This document shows, in pieces, positions 60,501-64,000 of a stretch of 64,000 bases of DNA. The first letter of the stretch is position 1. Each line of letters starts with the position of its first letter. This stretch comes from Anthoceros angustus (lineage: Eukaryota > Plantae > Anthocerotophyta), in NCBI GenBank assembly GCA_010909165.1, contig MU008151.1, forward strand, positions 1 through 64,000, in the 5' to 3' direction. The position numbers were made by a program, and so were the translations under genes. Below the pieces are notes generated by a model. The model made no database searches. It worked only from the letters and a program-made list of their open reading frames with translations, and had not been told where the DNA came from.

Positions 60501-61308
60501 ATTGATGGCAAGTATCCATGGTGCAATCGAGTGCCAACTGCGCACTCAACCGGGCATCCCAGCGGTGTACCTAACTCCAAGTGCAGCTGGTGGATAGATC
60601 TTGCTGATTTGCTGAATACTGAAAGAAGGTCTCGCGCTCAGACCTCCCCTAATCAGCATCTTCCCTTTCCGCCTTCAGGATGGCCTGGCCTGGCCTGGCC
60701 TGGCTTGGCTTGGCCTGGCCTAGCCTTGCCCGGCCTGCAGAAATGAATGAGGCAACCAGCTTGGCGCAGACACAGATCGCCATGAATTCCTGTCCTTCTC
60801 TCTACTCTCTCCTCGTGCCAAGGCCAAGGCCGAGCCCGAGCCGCTGCTGCAGCTGCGTGTGTGCTAGTACAACGCCATAGCGTAGCGCACAGGCTGCAGG
60901 CTGCAGGCTGCAGGCCTCGGACTCCCTCTCTCCTCTCTCCCCACGCTGCCCTCCACTCCACACTCGCCTTCTCCTCGCTTGATCTTCCTCTTCCCTTTCG
61001 TTCCCCTTCCTTCTTCTCTTAACGCCCCGCCCTTCTCCGCTTCGCCTCTCCGCCTCCCGCCACTCGCTGCTGCCAGCTTTCCGCACGCCGAATCCGCTCC
61101 GCATTCCTCCCCCCCCAATCCGTCCCGTCCGCTTCCGCTCCCGGCCTCCCGCCGTGCCGCGCTGCCGGAGCAGTTTCGTCGTCTTCACTCCCCCTGCTCC
61201 GTGCCCGTCGCTCGCCTGCTGCCGCTCCCCCCTCTTTTCCCGCGACGCGAATCCCCGATGCCACAATTCCGCTTGCGGCGTTGAGGAAAGCGGGAGGTGA
61301 TTCCGGCC

Positions 61309-61671
61309 ATGGCCAGCTCCAGGGTGCGCGGCATCGGCAGCGGGAGCGGCGTACTCTTCGTCTCGCTCAGACTAGTGTTCATCTTCCTGCTGCTTCTGCT
61401 CAGCGCGCACAGGACGCAATCACGACCGTTTTTCCTGCGCGGACTGAAGCACGCGCGCTCCACCTCCGCCTTCCACCACCACCATTCCAAGCCGCCGGAG
61501 CGGGAACGGGAGCGGCCCAAACCGGGAGGTGGCGCTGGATTTGCTTGTCCCGGCTGGGAGAGCGACGCTTCCTCGTCGCCGGATTGCGCCCCGCCTGCTC
61601 CCAGCGATGGCGACATTTTCGGCGGCTCCAAGAGAATAATTCCATCGGGGCCGGACCAGCTGCACAATTGA
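61309..61671 (+). CDS. CLE: CLE signalling peptide precursor (120 aa)
   Basis: Hydrophobic signal LFVSLRLVFIFLLLLLSA, variable region, C-terminal FGGSK-RIIPSGPDQLHN*; single exon. Confidence 0.9.
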   Translation: MASSRVRGIGSGSGVLFVSLRLVFIFLLLLLSAHRTQSRPFFLRGLKHARSTSAFHHHHSKPPERERERPKPGGGAGFACPGWESDASSSPDCAPPAPSDGDIFGGSKRIIPSGPDQLHN

Positions 61672-63287
61672 ACCACATCCCTTCCTTCCCTGCCTTGCCT
61701 TCCCCTGCCCGGACTGGATTGGATTGGCTTGCTTTCATACATTTAGTATCATCGACGCGCAGGATGAAGATGATCAACCTCCCAAGGACTTCACAGGCGC
61801 TGGCATGGATCGCAACAGGGCCTCGGGAGCCTTTTGGAGGCTGCTACTCTCTACGTGTGTATCATATCTCCTCTGCTATCCGGCTCATATGCAAGTATAC
61901 GCAGTTTACTGTCGGGGGATATCTGGTTCTGGCACAGGTCGGAGCTGTGAAGGGATTCTAGTTTACATTTGGAAATCCTGTCCACGCTGCAACGCAGTTC
62001 CGATGCGCGTCTGCTTCCTTTCTCACCTGCCATCTCTATTCCCTCAACCTTTTGAAATTCAGCAAACATCTACATTTTAGTATCCGTCGCCTCCGCGAGC
62101 GCTCCACAAGAGGACGTCCAGAAGGTGTGGTGACAAGACGGAACAACGGCAGCCCCAGCCTGGGAAATGCACACTCTGTTCAACAGGAGGAGCTTGCGGC
62201 CCAGGATTGTAGTGCAGCTGTCAGACCAGGCAGCTGTGACTTCCATTTGAACATTCAGTTCGGGAGAAGGAAGGGTTCAAATTTGGAAATCACAGTTCGG
62301 CCCACACTCAGGTTCCTGCTCCGCCCGCTCTCAACACTTGACAAACATGCATACGGGGAGACACCACCAACTTTCTTGTCTCTTCTTCTCTTTTCATCAT
62401 CTTCTTGCGGGAGGCGGCAGTAGCAGGAACATAAAGTTATGTCAGCTTAGGTTTATTGATCAGTCACTCTAATGATATGTACAACCGTCACACTTTTCAG
62501 TGACGCCAAGAGAAGATTCACCTTCTCGTATTCAAACGAAAAAAACCAAAGTCTCTTAAGTACAAAGCATGTGCCTTGTGCTCCATTGGGCAGGCTAGGG
62601 ATTGTGACTTCTCTCATCACATGCCTTCAGTTGCGTTGCCGTGTTCGCCATCTGAAGGAAGTTGTTCACTTGCTCACTCACCCGTAAGCAAAGGAAAACA
62701 AAGCACGGAAAACAAACTCGTCGTCGGTGTCACCCGGCCCTAGTAACACCTGCTGCTGCTGCTGCTGCTGCTGCTGCCACCAAAAACATTCCCATATGTC
62801 AGAAAATCCACATCGCTGCCCGAGGCACAGTATCCGGTCTCACTGTGGATACTAGGATTCCCCCCACCGCTTTACAGCCAGATGCATAGCACACCGGAAT
62901 GGACCTTCACAGTGAACCTTGCTATCTTTTCTTTCTTCGTGGGAATATTCTGCTTACTACAAACCCACCTGTAACTAAACAGGCTCGCAAATGCCTGCTT
63001 CTCCACACCACCTTTGTCAGATTGTGTGGATGTACAGACAGTCAACGAGAAAAAGACTGCTTTCTGATGAACCTCCTACCCTCCTCGTCTGACAAAACTG
63101 TCCAAGTCGTCCACCTACGCTCGAGATTCTGGTCCGCAACAGGGCCAGCATGATGGTCAAGGTTGCCACAGAGCAGACACACGACTTCATCAAGCGAAAG
63201 ACTGGTTGACATGTCTCATTTCGCAGAAAGCCCTCAGAGAAGGCAACCAGCTGCTCAGGAAGGTGGGATCCCACTCCTACATCTGTA

Positions 63288-63989
63288 TTAAACATATTTT
63301 CCACGGTATCTGGGTCGAGAATCCAAGAGATCACACGGTGCGACAGAAATATGGGCACGCACAAGTGTCTTGCAATTGCACGACTGCATTTTCAAAGATG
63401 AGTCTTCCACTCTACCGAGTCGACTCACTGCAGGTGAAGAAACAGGCCTTCCAGACTCGCTGTCTGCCGAGTCTGCCTTGCAGTACATACATTCGGACTC
63501 ACCATTCGCAGGCAACACCACTGAGTGGATACTACCCTTCTCCCTGTGCAGCTCTAGCAGTCTTACATGGTTCTCTCTGAACTCCAAATGCTTCCTGGCT
63601 GCAGCATCTGCCATCTCTGCAGTGTACCGACATGTTTTCTCCATGGTCAACAAACAACGACTGTACTTAGTGCTAAGTATCTGCTCACTGCTTGCCCGTA
63701 GCTGGAAACACGGATGTGCTGGGAAGTAGTTCTCAGCACACTCATCCCTCGCTGCGGGAAAGAAGAACACCAACCTCCCGCCCTGGACAAGAAGTCGGGC
63801 AGCCATATCCAACAGATCATGAACGCACTCCGCCAGGGTGTAGGGAGCCGTGGATGGAATGTGTGCTGCTCTTTTCTCGGTTGGGATTGTGTAAGGCTCC
63901 CTGGTTCCATTCAACATCTTCCGGCCACCAGATTTGCGACCACCAGCACGCACTCCATACGGCGGATCACAGATAATGGCATCAAAAAC
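63288..63989 (-). CDS. TRM11: tRNA (guanine-10-N2)-methyltransferase homolog, last exon (gene continues beyond the window)
   Basis: VFDAIICDPPYGVRAGGRKSGGRK...AHIPSTAPYTLAECVHDLLDMAARLLVQGGRLVFFFP...SEQILSTKYSRCLLTMEK. Confidence 0.9.
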   Translation of the reverse strand, partial: VFDAIICDPPYGVRAGGRKSGGRKMLNGTREPYTIPTEKRAAHIPSTAPYTLAECVHDLLDMAARLLVQGGRLVFFFPAARDECAENYFPAHPCFQLRASSEQILSTKYSRCLLTMEKTCRYTAEMADAAARKHLEFRENHVRLLELHREKGSIHSVVLPANGESECMYCKADSADSESGRPVSSPAVSRLGRVEDSSLKMQSCNCKTLVRAHISVAPCDLLDSRPRYRGKYV

Positions 63990-64000
63990 CTGAAGACGAA

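Noticed and set aside
27504-63989. tRNA-related cluster (CTU1, tRNA-Arg, TRM11)
   Set aside because: Spread over 36 kb among unrelated genes; no reason to infer functional clustering.

Overview
Gene-dense nuclear DNA of a land plant with short spliceosomal introns. The very long PLS-type PPR with a PGxxWW box, the compactness and the short introns suggest a seed-free plant, most likely a hornwort or similar bryophyte/lycophyte; this taxonomy is inference. The first 25 kb hold the most novel signal, a cluster of four phytocyanin (plastocyanin-like domain) genes. One is an intact 5-exon, 737-aa receptor kinase whose ectodomain is two phytocyanin domains, the membrane-proximal one keeping all four type-1 copper ligands, on a WAK-like RD kinase. 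Facing it tail-to-tail is a probably GPI-anchored two-phytocyanin protein that mirrors that ectodomain. Two further paralogous GPI-type genes fuse a phytocyanin domain to an unrecognised ~200-aa domain. Interleaved are a GNAT acetyltransferase resembling a prokaryotic family, a GT61 glycosyltransferase plus a broken duplicate, a K/E-rich repeat ORF, and an inverted-repeat-bounded segment carrying a clathrin light chain fragment. The rest contains an enone/quinone oxidoreductase, two U2 snRNA genes, CTU1 with a U12 AT-AC intron, thioredoxin-like 4, a plasma-membrane H+-ATPase, and a PLS-E PPR with a near-perfect 624-bp internal duplication. It also contains a LAZY/IGT gene, a proline-rich cell-wall protein, a HEAGH peptidase-like gene starting only 67 nt after a U2 snRNA, a polyol transporter, tRNA-Arg(UCU), a CLE peptide gene and the 3' end of TRM11. 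All exon models were read by eye. Some frameshifts sit in homopolymer runs and may be assembly errors.
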